In this document: positions 14,457-27,508 of the stretch, piece by piece
How the letters are laid out: the number at the start of each line of letters is the position of its first letter
Position numbering within the stretch: position 1 is the first letter of the stretch
Assembly (NCBI GenBank): GCA_001662655.1
Contig: KV460245.1
DNA length: 64,000 nt
Reading direction: 5' to 3' (one strand)
Source: Pseudogymnoascus verrucosus
Taxonomy: Eukaryota
Notes under the pieces: generated by a model
The model's database searches: none
What the model was told of the DNA's origin: nothing
What the model saw: only the letters and a program-made list of their open reading frames with translations
Made by a program: the position numbers and the translations under genes

Positions 14457-15764
14457 AAACCTCATCATAATAACCTATGATATCGAATACAATCACCTGG
14501 GATTGTGTGTTTCTTTTTTGTCAATTTTTTTTTGAGCTGCTTTAGTTTGCGTGTGCTTCTGTTGGGGTTTGTGTCGTTTCGATGCTCGTTTTTTTTTGTT
14601 TCCTGTTTGTCTCAGTCGTATTGGCTGGCTACTACATCAACATTGGGGGGCCGTTGGACATTCGTAGCGGTAAGGGGGGGAGGAGAGTGGGGGTCGGTCC
14701 GCTCCCTTTTTACACCGTAGCAGCGGTGAGCTCTGGTTCAGTCTAGTGAATATGAGATACCAATGTCTCACCCCCCTCCCCCATCGCCGTGGGTAAAAAA
14801 GGGAAGGTACCTGCAGCGAACGAACGCTGTCCTTCGCTGGGACCTCGGGAGTGACAGGTCGGATTACCTAGCTGGTGGCTGGGACGGGACTTCCCAACAG
14901 AGGATGCGTTCCTTGTTGGAGTGCTAAGGTAGGTTGTGCAGTGCATGGGGATTGTTTGCTCGGGACATCTGGGATGCTTGGGACAGTTGGGACACCCGGG
15001 ATATCAGGGACACTTGGAACTCTTGGGACGACGCCCCGGGCCGCTAAGGTAGGCTGATGGCAGTGGCGCCGGCGGTAGGGGAGGGTTACTGGGTCGGTGG
15101 CGGCTGGGGGGTCCGACAGCTCGGTTTAAGGGGAGGTAAGGGGGCGGGGAGGGAGGTAAGGAAGGGGGGAGATGCGGAGATCTTGGGGGGGATTTGAGTT
15201 CCCGGATAGTGGGGATGGGAGATGGGATGAGAGGGGGGAAAGGCGTCAGATGATACGTAATGGTATGCGGTTGTTCTGACGGGGAGTGCGTGTCTTGGAG
15301 GGAGTTGGGCGGGTTGTGAAAGTTGTGAATAGGTCTGGGAGGGATTGTGCTTTACTGTATGTTGTTGAGGATCGATGTGAGCAGTTTAGGATGATGGTGT
15401 TTCTCTCTTTACTGTATTTCTGAGTAACCGATGTGAGAATCATATCCCCTAGTAATTGAAAACCTTTATTTTGAATAACAGCTGCTGTAATTAACTGCTG
15501 TCATCTACAGTTCCTTTCCAGACTCTTGGACGGAACAAATAGCTCGTTTCTAGACGGACGATAGATCTCCTGCATAGCCACCAACTACCATAACAAGGTA
15601 CGAGAACATCCCAGCCCGCGGAAATAACCCGCGAATATCACCAACCCCCTCTCCCGAGGGAGCGGTAAAGAAGCAAACGCCAGTATACAAGCCAAATCCC
15701 ATCAATATCGCTCCAGCAAAAAATCCCGCCCCCAACGCCCCCAATCACCCACACAGCAATGACC

Positions 15765-16472
15765 TCAAATGTCCCCACCAATCGTCTCCAGCAGCGACTC
15801 CAACTGCGCCTTCTCAGCCCCCTCGTTGCCCTTCTTGTCCTCCTTCACCAGCACAGCGAGCGCCTCAATGGGCGGGGCTAGACCGAGCCTGTGCGCGCGC
15901 AACCAGCGCTTGCGGCGTGGGATCCCTACGCAGGGCTATAGTGGATTTGTTAGTCTAAAGCACGCCAACAACCCAGGAGACAGGACAACTCACCCCGTAT
16001 TGCGACGACATGTCGAAGTACCGCAAGATCTTCTCCTCGGTGCTCAATCCCTCCTGGTGAACTACGCAGGTAGGTTAGCATTGCTCGCCCCGTCCCGTCT
16101 CACGCGCATCAGCTCACCTCTTGGAGCCAACCGGTCCGCCTCCCTCGCCTTCCAGTACCTCAGCACCTGGGCATGCGGCACCTTCTCCGCCGCCTCCTCC
16201 TCAGGCGTCAACGCACTCCCGGGCTTAGGGAGCTGGACCTGCGCTGGCTTGGCCTCCGCCTCCCGCACCTCTGCTTCCACGACAACTGCGTCGGCGCGGT
16301 CTAGATCGATGACATCAACCTTTGCTGGCTTCGCTGGCTCGGCTTTCTTGAGGTCTTTCCCCGTGGGGCCGGTGTGCTTGGTCACTCGCGTGGCGGCGCC
16401 GTTGAAGGAGAGGGTGGATTGGGCGCCTTTGGCGGGCGGGGCGCCACGGGTTCGTCGGGTCGTGGCGGGCAT
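15765..16472 (-). CDS. DNA polymerase delta subunit 4 (POLD4/Cdm1-like)
   Basis: Introns 16117-16062 and 15993-15936 give ...EKILRYFDMSSQYGPCVGIPRRKRWLRAHRLGLAPPIEALAVL..., the POLD4 signature. PIP-like QSTLSF near the N-terminus. Confidence 0.88.
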
Positions 16473-18327
16473 GGTGGGAGGAGGTGAGGTGGGAGTTTAG
16501 AGGTACTTTTGTCTTGCTGTGCAGATGGGACGGGAGTTAAGGTACGATGGAGGAAGGTGTAGTTGATACTGGTGGCATGTAGATGTGTACAGGTTCGGAG
16601 AGTTTAATGGCGCTGTGTGTCGTCAGGCTGTGATGACGATGGGGGTACGAAATGAGAGGCGAGCTGGCGGGGCAACGGGACAGCCTCACGGTAAGAGATC
16701 GAGACTGACACGCGAGATCACGTGAGCGCGGGTATATGGGAATTTGATAGGGGAGGAATAGAGGAATAGAGGGGAAACAGGGGACGACGAGTAAAGTTGA
16801 CCTGTTACATTTTTACCTGGTTTGCTTTTTTGGGGATTTCCTATTTTCCACACTACTGCATCTCATAATATGCAAGCCAAAACTTCTTTGGACGCCACGA
16901 TTCGGACGCGGCATCTGCCTCTTGTTCCCCGGTTACGTTGCGCTGACACTTGACACGCAACTATGGCCTGGCCATCCTTTGAGTATCATATACTTTTGTA
17001 CGTGCAGGCCCTACTTGCATACGCTCGCATGCTGGAGTATTCAAGGTGTATGGATTATATGGATTGTATGGATTTGTATGAATTTGTATGGATTGTATCT
17101 ATCCGACGAGTAACTGCCACGTACATACACATACCTGTACACTATTACTATGCTGGTACACGTCCCTGCACAACGTTAGGTCCCTTACATCGCTGTTCTG
17201 TTCCTAACCACCTCCCTGGCTCAAACCCAGCTCCCCGTCTTCGTCATTCTGATGACCATGTACTACACACTACACACGCCTCTTACCCCTGGCTGTGCTG
17301 GTGGCTGGCTGCTGGTGGGATTGGGATTGGGAGCAGCCCAGCGAGTGAGGCTAACTCAGAATATCTCTCCGCCGTCATTTGCACAGCATGAGAACCGAAC
17401 AACCACCACCCCCCATCCCCCCCCCCCCTTCAAACAGCTCACCAAACCACCCCGGCAATAATAAGCAAAGAAAAAAGACGATGACGGATTCTTCCTCTCG
17501 GGCATCTTCTTGCTCAGCTCAGAGTATCAGGTTGAAATGCTGCACAATTCTGTGACGTGGAGGCCGACAAATTCATCCACGTCGAGTCGCATATCATCCA
17601 TCCCAGCCCAAATGTCGAGTTTGATATATGCATGTCACGTGATCGAACATGAGACCGAACAAATAATTGGGCTGGATTGGCTAGTCAGTCCCCTGTTCCC
17701 TGAGGGTCCAAAGCAGGGGGAGTGAGAAACGTGCTGCTGACGGTCTGAACCACCCCCCTCCCTATCCCCGACGCCGGGGCGGGGATGGGTCATGGTAGAC
17801 AAAACTGATGGACAGCCCAAAGGTACTCAGTACGAGGAGACTGTACTCCCGATGTTCCTGGTCTGCACGCTGTAAGGTGGAGGTTGTGCTTGTGCTTGTG
17901 CTATTGCTCTATTCCTGTCGGATTTCGGGAGACACAGGAAGAGGGAAATGTGAGTGATGATGGATGGCCAGACCATTCTTCTTCATTAATAAATATCTGT
18001 ATCCCGCCCCCCCATCTGAGTGTCCCATCATTTTCACATTCGTGCTTGGTTATCTCACCAGACAAACTGCCACTTTACAATTGCACTTCCTAGCCGGCTA
18101 TACGCAGTCTATCGTTTTAGAAACGTCTTTTTAAGCTTCACGATCAAGCTTATTCAAAGCTCGATCCAACACTCAGACACTCGTCGTCGAACGCCCGCCA
18201 ATCTCTATCCAAAAGACACCACAAGGGAGCCGGTATCCTCGCCGCCCCTGCACTCTCGTCACACCAATCCCGGTCCAAACACCCAATCTCATCACATCTC
18301 ATCACGCTCGTTCAGCTCACACTTGCA

Positions 18328-18492
18328 ATGTGTACCCAATACTACGTCAGTTATCCATGCCGCTGCATCATCTATCGCGGACTGGAAGAATGTCTGCTCT
18401 ACTGGGAGGAGCAGTGCCCTGGAGTCCGGAGGAAGGATGAGGTCTCACCTCACAAGTGCAGTGATTGCAGAGGGAAGAAGGTTCGACGCTAG
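18328..18492 (+). CDS. Small Cys-rich protein (54 aa), putative zinc-binding
   Basis: MCTQYYVSYPCRCIIYRGLEECLLYWEEQCPGVRRKDEVSPHKCSDCRGKKVRR*, with 7 Cys and a GCAATG start context after a C-rich leader. Below the ORF-track cutoff. Confidence 0.55.
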   Translation: MCTQYYVSYPCRCIIYRGLEECLLYWEEQCPGVRRKDEVSPHKCSDCRGKKVRR

Positions 18493-19199
18493 GGAAGCTT
18501 TGCTTAAGATGCTTGAAATCGGGACGGGCCGGGTCGACTACTAGGGATGGAGAAGCTGAGACGCCTATTCCGGAGGAGCCGGTCGATTCATGATGTTCAG
18601 CTTGCGAAGTGTTCGACGAAGCCCTTTTATTTCCTTCTGGATCTTCACAGGAATAAATGGGTAATTGGGAATTCAGAACCTAGGCACCAAGGGGGCGCAA
18701 ACGGATGTACACAGGAACTAGAGAAAAAAAGACAACCAGCAATGAGTTAGTTATGACTGATGATTTTTTTTATTACTACTGTATATGATGCAGAGGCATA
18801 TATTATTGCCGACGCCGGCGACATAGCCTTATCAATTCAAAGACCCATCTTTTGCGTTTTTCGTACGACCTATCTTGTACTACCTGGTACGTGCGTCCGA
18901 TTTTTTCATCGTGCGTGACGTGAGATTCCCGTTTGCTCAACCTGAAACCAGACTAGGGGCGTCATCAACAAGTCAGCCGTTTCCCGAGTTTCAACAGTCA
19001 GGCAAGGGTGGTAGTATGGCGAGACATCTGTTCGTCTGACGACATGTCCTGTTATCGGAGATAAATTCATGCAGCAGCCCTCTCACTACTATGTAGTATA
19101 TCCACTCCTAATAATGAAGCTGCGAGAAAGCCGTCCGGGGTATGGAAGCAGCCACCCTTGAAACCCAATGGAGGCTTCTTGAAGTAGAGAACCGCCGAC

Positions 19200-20717
19200 C
19201 TACAGCTTCGTGATATTCTCCCTCGGGTCACTCAACCTCCTTGGTTGCTGCGGAAAAGGGCCGGCAGACCCTGACCCCGAGCTCGACTCGGCTTTGGCTC
19301 CGCTGTTAAGCGCTGCTGTGGCTCCTGGGCGTCGCTCCTGCAGGCGCAGGTTCATGAGCCATCTGACATGGCACCCGATGACCCCCTGAGCGCTTCTCAG
19401 CTCGGCGAGTTGTTCTTTGATGGGTATTGTTTCGTTGAAGAGCATTACGGTTTGCTTCGCTTCGAGCTCGGTCATCCCGACGGAGAGCTGGTCGACCTTG
19501 CTTTCCTGGTTTTCCAGTAGTGATAGGAGATATTGGTCCCGGGAGTCGTATGGTGCGGGGTCTATTAATGATTGAGGGTTTTCTGACATGTTGGGGATAT
19601 CGATAAGAGGGTCGCCGTATGACGGTGCGTTCTTGTAACTTTCGAGGAACCGAATGCGGCGGTCTTTCGTCTTGTCCTTCTCCGTAAGAGTCTGTACTTC
19701 GCCTCTCAGCGAAGTTATCTCTTCCTTTAATAATTCCACCACCGGGCCCATAGTTTTGAAAGCACATTCCGGCGCGTGATTGCCCAAATCCTTCCTCTTC
19801 GACTGATGCTCACAGCCATATATAGCCCATCTACACGGTGCGATGGCCTCCTCGCAATCTAGGTCGTGGAGGTCAGCATTCAGTCGAAGCACCTCCAGGC
19901 CACACTTGTCGCAATTTGCCACACGTTCCGAGCAGACTCGTGCCCTGTGGTGCTCCATATCAACCGCGAAACAGCTCTCCGAGCAGTCCGGACATATCGC
20001 ATACCAATGTAAGCATCCTCTGTGTACATCCTTTCGAGGGGCTTTGCGCTCGCATGTACTCTCCGGACAGTCGACTAGGCTGTAGCCACAGTACCTATCC
20101 ACGTGGTTCTGCACCATTGACCGCGCCAGGGTCTTCTCGCACCCTTCTGTAGAGTTGGGGCATCTGACTTCCAGTGCATCAAGCTGGTTTGTAATTATTC
20201 TTGCCGTCGACCCAACATGGTTCGGTGGCCGTAATCGTGTCCTGTCTATAGGACATATAGGCGCGATTCGATATGCTTGGTCGAAGCAGTCCTTGCAGAA
20301 TACATGATCACAGCTTGTGGTGACAGGATCGACGAATGGGTTCCGGCAAACTGGGCAAACCAGGTTCTCGTCGACTGCCTTAACATAGTCTAACGCGCGA
20401 AAATCTAATCCCCTGGGGATCTCTGCTGAAGTTTCTTCCGTGTTCTCAGGGGCGCCGTTCTGTTCCTCGAGGCCTGGTTGTGGAGATGGCGGAGAAAGAA
20501 ATGCAGTCGGCTCCGACTCAGGGAATGCCGACGGACTTGTATCCTCGAGGAAGTTGTGCTGAAACGCGTCGCCTATCGATCTAGATATAGGCGTACTCGG
20601 CCTCGCTGGTAATGTGCTCGGATGTGTTGATTCAGCAGATGGGGTGATGGGAGTCGGTGGATGCCACGAGCCTGACTGGCCGTTTTGCCGTTCGGGCGTC
20701 AGGCTTTGTTCTTCCAT
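19200..20717 (-). CDS. RING finger plus TRAF-type zinc finger protein (TRAF-like putative E3 ligase)
   Basis: 505-aa single-exon ORF with a C3HC3D RING (CPVC...CDHVFCKDC...CPID), repeated TRAF/SINA-type Zn fingers and a C-terminal coiled coil. Confidence 0.88.
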   Translation of the reverse strand: MEEQSLTPERQNGQSGSWHPPTPITPSAESTHPSTLPARPSTPISRSIGDAFQHNFLEDTSPSAFPESEPTAFLSPPSPQPGLEEQNGAPENTEETSAEIPRGLDFRALDYVKAVDENLVCPVCRNPFVDPVTTSCDHVFCKDCFDQAYRIAPICPIDRTRLRPPNHVGSTARIITNQLDALEVRCPNSTEGCEKTLARSMVQNHVDRYCGYSLVDCPESTCERKAPRKDVHRGCLHWYAICPDCSESCFAVDMEHHRARVCSERVANCDKCGLEVLRLNADLHDLDCEEAIAPCRWAIYGCEHQSKRKDLGNHAPECAFKTMGPVVELLKEEITSLRGEVQTLTEKDKTKDRRIRFLESYKNAPSYGDPLIDIPNMSENPQSLIDPAPYDSRDQYLLSLLENQESKVDQLSVGMTELEAKQTVMLFNETIPIKEQLAELRSAQGVIGCHVRWLMNLRLQERRPGATAALNSGAKAESSSGSGSAGPFPQQPRRLSDPRENITKL

Positions 20718-21380
20718 GATGCGGGCACTCTTGCGTATGATCGAATTGTTATATAATGCCGTAGGTGAGGCTAGAGGATATCGGTATTGTCGTCGTGGAT
20801 GTAGGGACGTCGCTCAAAGGAATCTGTCCCTCGTCGTCAATTAGACCCCGCCGGGCCGACCTATCGCTCGTGGTTATATCGGTGTGGGGTGTGACGTCGT
20901 CGGAGGCTCTGTTGCAGACAGGCCCCAGCGTGAATGCGATGTGATTTCAATTACTCTTCTTTCAAACTGATCGTATAGCTTCTTTCCAAGGACAAAACAG
21001 CGATTCAATAGATGCGATTCCAATTTCCTGTTACCTTGGTGGCGTAGGAAGTTGCCTGTGTGGTATCTGACGCTGCCTTATCGAGTATGCTGGCAGCCGA
21101 TTGGCCGGATGAACATCGAGCCGCGAACGCCGGCTGCGAGTCGTATTACGCATGGGCGATTTCCAATAACGAGGCCAGGTTGCTTTGCGAAACTCAAACA
21201 CCAAGCCCTTCGTTTGGTCATTTTACGAATCTCCGAGAGAGCCGTTTTGTTTTCCAACAGGGGGAATTGTTCTACTGCAAGGGAATTAAGAGGGATCAGT
21301 CGCTGGGGTCCTTTCCAGACGTCGCTACTTCGAACACACCAAGACGGGCTGTTTACATATCGTTGTACTGCATTCCAGCC

Positions 21381-22298
21381 ATGTCCAATCCTAATCAACT
21401 TTTCCTCCTGGCCGACCACATCAAGCTCTCCCTCCTCGAGCGGCAACGGGCAATTTCTCTAAACCTCGAGCCAAACTCGCAAGATGGCCACATCTCGCGC
21501 TCCCTCGAATCCTTCCGCGCCGGCCTCGAAAACATCGCCGTCGAGAGGGAAAGTCTAGAGGATGCCGGGGACACTGCGTACGTCCCTCTTTCCCCCCCTC
21601 CTCTCTCCCCTTCCTCCTCCACCATAACAAGCAACTAACACCCCCCCCCCAGCGCCCTCACAACCCTCAAACAATCCGAACAATCCCTCCAAGCCCAATA
21701 CGACGACCTAACCTCTCAATTCCACGGCTTTCCCTCCACCAACCCCTCCTCCCTCTCGCAACCCAACGACCCTTCCCTCGCCGCCGACTTCGCCCACGCC
21801 TCCTCCCACCCGCAGCGCAGCAGCTCCCTCCTCAAGAAATCCCTCCGCGGCCACCCCGGCGCCGCCGCCTCCTCCCCAAAATCCGTGCGATTCTCCGACG
21901 CTCCCAGCGCCGCCGCCGCGGAAGACCCGGCACGGGCCCAACTCTTCCCCTACAGGGACGACCCGATCGATGCACCCACGGACCAGAGCCAGCTCGATAA
22001 CCAGCAGATCCACGCGTATCACAGCGAGGTGTTGGCGGCGCAGGATGAGCAGCTCGATCGGCTGGGGGAGAGTATAGGACGGCAGCGGGAACTGTCGATT
22101 CAGATTGGGGATGAGCTTGATAGCCAAGTGGCGATGCTGGATGAGGTTGATGGGCTTGTGGATCGGCATCAGACGAGGTTGGATCAGGCGAGGAAGAGTC
22201 TGGGGAATGTGGCGAGGAAGGCGAAGGGGAATATGCAGGTTACGACTATTATTGTGTTGATTATCATTTTGGTGCTGCTGATTATTATACTGAAGTAG
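21381..22298 (+). CDS. SYN8: Syntaxin-8-like Qc t-SNARE
   Basis: Intron 21578-21652. SNARE motif QDEQLDRLGESIGRQRELSIQIGDELDSQ and a C-terminal TM anchor IIVLIIILVLLIIILK. Confidence 0.85.
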
Positions 22299-22863
22299 GC
22301 GAGCAGAGGAAAAGGAGGGGAAGAGGGGGACAAAGGGGGTAATGCGAGCGGCATATGGCGGCGCTGGGAGTTTTTTGTGTGTGCTTTTTTGCAAACTACT
22401 TGCGTGCATACATAGCATCGATGGATCTGCTTTCAGGAGCGGATATTCTGCACATTATTCCGAGTACTTTGCGGACTACAGAGGAGTTTTGCAATGGGAG
22501 ATAACAGACAGAGTCGGAGTCACAGATAGCGTTCTGGGGGATTATGGATCCCTAATTACTTGTCACATGGAGTTAAATGCATATTATTCCATGTTATCAA
22601 CCTTCGTTGTTGTGGGAATGCGTCCATGACCCCATTGTTTCACACAATACCATCCCATCATCATGCCTTCATTACTCCATTCCATCGGCCCTCGCAGTCC
22701 CTCAGCTCTTAATCCTCGACACCGGATCCTCTCTCCTCCCCTCCCTATCAAAGTCACCAGTCAGCCACCAATTCCCATCCACTCCTCCCTCCGTCTTCAC
22801 CAACATCAAAAACCACCCTCCTCCCCCCACCCCTCTTCCCCGCAAGACAGTAAATGACTTGAC

Positions 22864-23344
22864 TTACTTCTTCTCCCTCTCCGCCCTCTCCTTCGCCTCC
22901 CTCTGCAGCTCCTTAATACCTATATCCTTATAATTACGATCCGCATGCACGTTTTCCTCGCTCGCGGATGCGAGGTCGGCGCTCCACTCGTGCTTGCCCT
23001 CTTTTTTGAGGCGGAGCTGCTCTTGCTTGGCGCGCTCGTAGGCTTCGCCTTGGTTGGGGGAGTCTAGGGGTTTTGGTTAGATATGAGTTCATTGTTTGGG
23101 TGGGTGATTTGTGATTTGTGATTTGTGATTTGTGGTTTGTGGTGTGGGGGGTGATGACGATGATGATGTCGGGTGGATGGGGGGGAGGAGGGAAGGAGGG
23201 AGGTCGATGGGGGAGGGGGGACGAACCTCTAGCTGTCTCTTTTAGGAACTGAGAAGTCGAGATTGAGAAGCAGCGTGCCTGTGCCGGTGTCGCCATTCGG
23301 CGCACCGCCGCTGCTCTGGTAGAAGCTCTGATGATGAAAGACAT
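22864..23344 (-). CDS. Small (105 aa) predicted mitochondrial protein of unknown function
   Basis: Arg/Ala/Ser-rich presequence MSFIIRASTRAAAVRRM...RCFSIS. Intron 23226-23064 restores a charged helical exon (KQEQLRLKKEGKHEWSADLASASEENVHADR...EKK*). Confidence 0.7.
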
Positions 23345-24614
23345 GATAATGGGCGTAAATGTGATAAAAGAGGTAAGTCGTCTCCTTGTTATAGGTATGT
23401 AGGTGTATGAGAATCTGGGCAATTCGTGGATTTAAAAGGTTTGAACGGAAGCTCCGGAGAAGTATAATATATATGTATGTACGTATGAGAGATTCGATGA
23501 TTTGAAAGCATCTAGGGTGTTGGAAGCTGTGCGGATGGTCGTTGGTGCGTTATTCGTTGATCGGGGTGGCTACGTCATAACGAGATGATGAGGTCCCGCG
23601 GGAGAGCGCGGAGGTCCATTGCCAGCCAAGAGGGATGGGCAAGGGACTGATTGATGGTGAGGAATGGAATATTCCACGAATACAAGAGGCAATGATTCTT
23701 TCTCACAGACAAGACTCATGTGTAGTTTTAATATAATAGATAATAGAGATATATTCAAGTACATTGTAGACATAATCATATGTATATGATGCCACCCATG
23801 GCCCGGGCACACTTCTCCCACAACACCACCGATACGATCAAGCCTAAAAAACAAAAAAGCAAGCTCCGGAATATGCCAAAAAACCCTTTAGAGCAAGAGC
23901 AAAAAAGTAGAAAGAAAACGCTGCGGACGACCACTTAAAGTCTCCCTATTGTTGTCATCGCCCATTGTCTTATCATCATTTGCAAATGCACCCAGCCAGC
24001 CTCGACCTGCATAAACCATCCCGCTCAAAGACCGCGCGCCCATATCCAATCCAGTTAACAATGAGTAGCAATAAAAATCCAACACCGGCTCAGTCAATGA
24101 CGTGAGCAATTCGTTTCCACCACCCCATAGATCTTGACCCTCCATACCCCAAGAAGAACACCAACGACCGTTTGTGCCGAGAGAAAGGAAATCGTTCTAT
24201 ATGTTGTATCTTTTTGTCGAAGACTGCAAGAAGTCACCGCTTCTGTAACCCCGGAAGACGAAGCAAAACCATGCTAACACCCAAAAATGCACTCCAGCTA
24301 TGCATACTCGGAACACCACCCCATCCACTATTAATGAAAAACACCGTTGATTATGAACAAAAGGTATCGATATCTTTCTTTCGCCCATCTGAAGCTCAGA
24401 AGATCGTAGAAGGTCTTTCGGATTTGTACAGAGAAACCGTTGTGGCCGTGCATCAGCCAGTCGGAAAGTCGAAGGTCGGTACCCAAAGCCCAAGGAAATC
24501 AGGCGCCTAGCAAGGATAATGATGAATGGGTTGAGAATGCAAAATAACAAAAGCGCATCGCAAAATGGAAATAGCCGGTATCGCTCATCCCAGAGTACAG
24601 GAGCGATTCCCAGC

Positions 24615-25249
24615 TTACCATCGACGACCAAGATTTTGTTGTTGTTGTGGGTGCATCCTGCTAGGCGATACCGATGACGGCGGGCTCGACATCCTTGTGC
24701 TTGGGTTGACGATCGGGATAGCGTTGCGCACCCGTGTCGGTGCTGGCTGATGCACCTTCATGTTTGATGGCTGGTAGCCTGACGGAACGTATGGATTCGA
24801 CGCGGAGTTGAGGGGAAATGGCGCCGTGACTTGTTGTGCTTGTTGTGTTGGTGATGACTCGGGGGAGCCGCTTGACAGCGACGACCTATCGGAAACCGAG
24901 TGTATCGATTGCATCTGCGAAAACAGTATTGTCAGCCACGATCCCTAAGATGACTCCCATTGTCATGGGGTCCATGATGGTGGTGGCGGTTAAGACTCAC
25001 ATCGCTCTCCGTCAACAACCCGGGGCAGAACTCCATGTCATCATCCAAGTCAAAGGACCTTCCAGCCTCAAACTTCTGTCGAAAAGTTGTGATGGAAGCT
25101 GTGTCCGTCAGTTCCTTCATGCTGCGCACTCCCCTGAACTGCTTATGAGAGTTTTGGGATGTAGAGAGACGAGGAGCCCTACGGGAGCGGCCCGCGTGAT
25201 TCTGAGTTGCTGGGTGCTGGTGAGCATTGTAGTGGTAGTAGGAGGACAT
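24615..25249 (-). CDS. Fungal hypothetical protein (FEAGRSFDLDDDMEFCP block)
   Basis: Two ORF-track pieces joined in frame by GTGAGT...GCTGAC...GCAG intron 25000-24915; ends LGRRW*. Confidence 0.75.
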
Positions 25250-27508
25250 TATCGGATCATGAAAACGTATGAATTGCAGTCGAGTCGCATGAAATGACGG
25301 AAACGTTTGATGGGCGCAGTAGCTGAGCGCTGAAGCTGACCGATTCGGTGTATTTTGTTGGGGGTGGAGCGAGAGGTCTTGGTGTGCGACGCAAAGGAAG
25401 CTAATGCAAAGAGTTTCGAAGAGTTTGCTTGAGGACGACGAGAGATATTAAGAGGCGAGAATTAGGAGAGTCAATTTGAAGATGATGATGTCGATAGTTT
25501 GTGTATATTCGGGGGATCGAGTTTTGAAACTTGAGAGAGAGGGGGGTGTGGTGGGATATAGATGATAGGTAGTGTACAGTAGTATGTATGTATGTATGTG
25601 TATGTAAGAGAGAAGGTCGGGGGGCGATGAGGTGAAGGGTGGTGGGTGGTGGGAAGGGAAGAAGGTTGGTGGTAAGTGGTAGGAGGGAGGGTTTGGGGGG
25701 TTGGGCGAGGGAGTTTGACTGTTGACGGGGGGGTTTTGCTTGGGGCTTACTGGGACAAATGGGACAAATGGGACTTTGCTGGGGCTCGATGGGACTTGAG
25801 AGGCGAGAAAAGGCCAGGAAGGGCCAGGGATGGGGCAGGGATGAGGCAGGAAGCGATAAGCGAGCGAATCAAAACGAATAAAAGGGAGGGGGTGTGAGAG
25901 GGTGTGAGGGGCGCGGTGTACTGCGATGCGCTGCGATGCGATGGCGACTACTGTACGGCGTGCCACAGACCAGGGAAGTGCAGGAGTTAGTAGCTACTTA
26001 CAGTTAGAAGCCAAATTTCTGCGGTTGACTATCTTAGCGAGCCAATGATCTACCAATATGCACAGCCATTTGCCACCGAATTAGCACGGAGCGATACCGG
26101 AAACAGTCTAGGAAACCCTGGAACGGGCTGAGCGGCATGCGCCCACCCCATTTGGCAGGGCTACCGTAGATGGCTGTAACTGTGGTAGGTTGCCTCACGA
26201 TGCAGGCACCACAATCATCATCGCAGGTATAGGTATACTGTACTATCTACGGAGCACGGTATGAACAACTGTATCATTTGGGGTTGGGATGGTCCTGTAC
26301 TGTAGATAGATGGCTGGCGTGGGATGGGATGGCGTGGGGATGGTTGGGATAGTACTTCGGTATTGCCGCCAGTCCCAGCCTGCGCCCATTGTTCCAGAAG
26401 TCGTTTCCCCTCGTTTCCCCCCTACCCCCATACACACAAACTCCCCCGTCCCATACCGCCATTCAACGCCGTCCATACATTATCCTGCATCACAGTCTCT
26501 CTGTAGTATGAACTGTGTGTATGTGCTACTTGAGCGCGCGCTTCGTGCTTCCGTCTTACTCTAGTACAAGTGTTCGAGATGCCAGAGATTGAAGGATCCA
26601 CCATTGGGTCTCCGTGCTCTAAAACACCCTACGGGCGTACATTCAGACTACTCGAGCACTCCGCGTAGAGTAAGGTTACTATCTGTAGCGCCAGACCAGT
26701 TGCAGTAACCCATCTCTGTATGCTTGTCCGCCTGTCGCCGTCATTTCCCCTCCCCCTCTCACCGTCAAGCGCGGCTAAGCCTCCCCCATGATAGATGATG
26801 GCTGGATTGGATGGCTGGGTAGGATGGATGGCCCGTTCGTCGACATGGGCATACAGTATGCAGATGTGCCAGCGCTACGGCAATTTCTACTCGCACGGGA
26901 CTGGCGACAAACTAAGACTGGGCCAAGGTAAGGCACAGGTTTGTTGATCCTACCGCCCGCCGTACCGCCCTGCCACTGTCTTTGATCCAAATAAAGTGGT
27001 ACTTCCTTCCGCTGGATGCTGCAGTATCAAGCAGAATCCCATCATCCCGCCAGCATCCAATTATAGCTTCTACCAAAACACCATGCGCCACTCAGGCTTC
27101 GTGGTTTGCATGTAAGGTATGTATGTGTATGTATGAATCCTGTAGGATCCTGTATATTCATGCACCATCAAGATTCTACTGGAAGTATCTATCTGGCAGC
27201 TAATCTAATTATGCTGGAACAGAAGGTTCTGCATTTGTTCTCCACATCGCCAGTTTGTCAACTGTTCACCGCCACTTTCCCCGCTTGGCAGGTTTGTGAG
27301 ACTCGTAGATCCCGTGCCAGCCCCCTCTGAAACTATCATCATCGCCTGTCTTACTAGGCGCTTATAGGTTGGGGGTGCTGGGCTAAATGCGCTTTGGACA
27401 GCGAAGATGCATATCGAATATTCACCATTCGTTGCGTCTGCCGTACTCGCATATCATAGTACTGTGATGTTCATACCGTCTATTAATTCCTCAAGGCATG
27501 CGCTTTCT

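Noticed and set aside
14830..15250. GGGAC-rich imperfect repeats and G-runs
   Set aside because: Simple sequence also seen near 25750-25800. No TIRs, target duplication or repeat-spacer structure; not CRISPR.
17045..17100. TATGGATT(T)G-type degenerate tandem repeat
   Set aside because: A minisatellite with no further structure.
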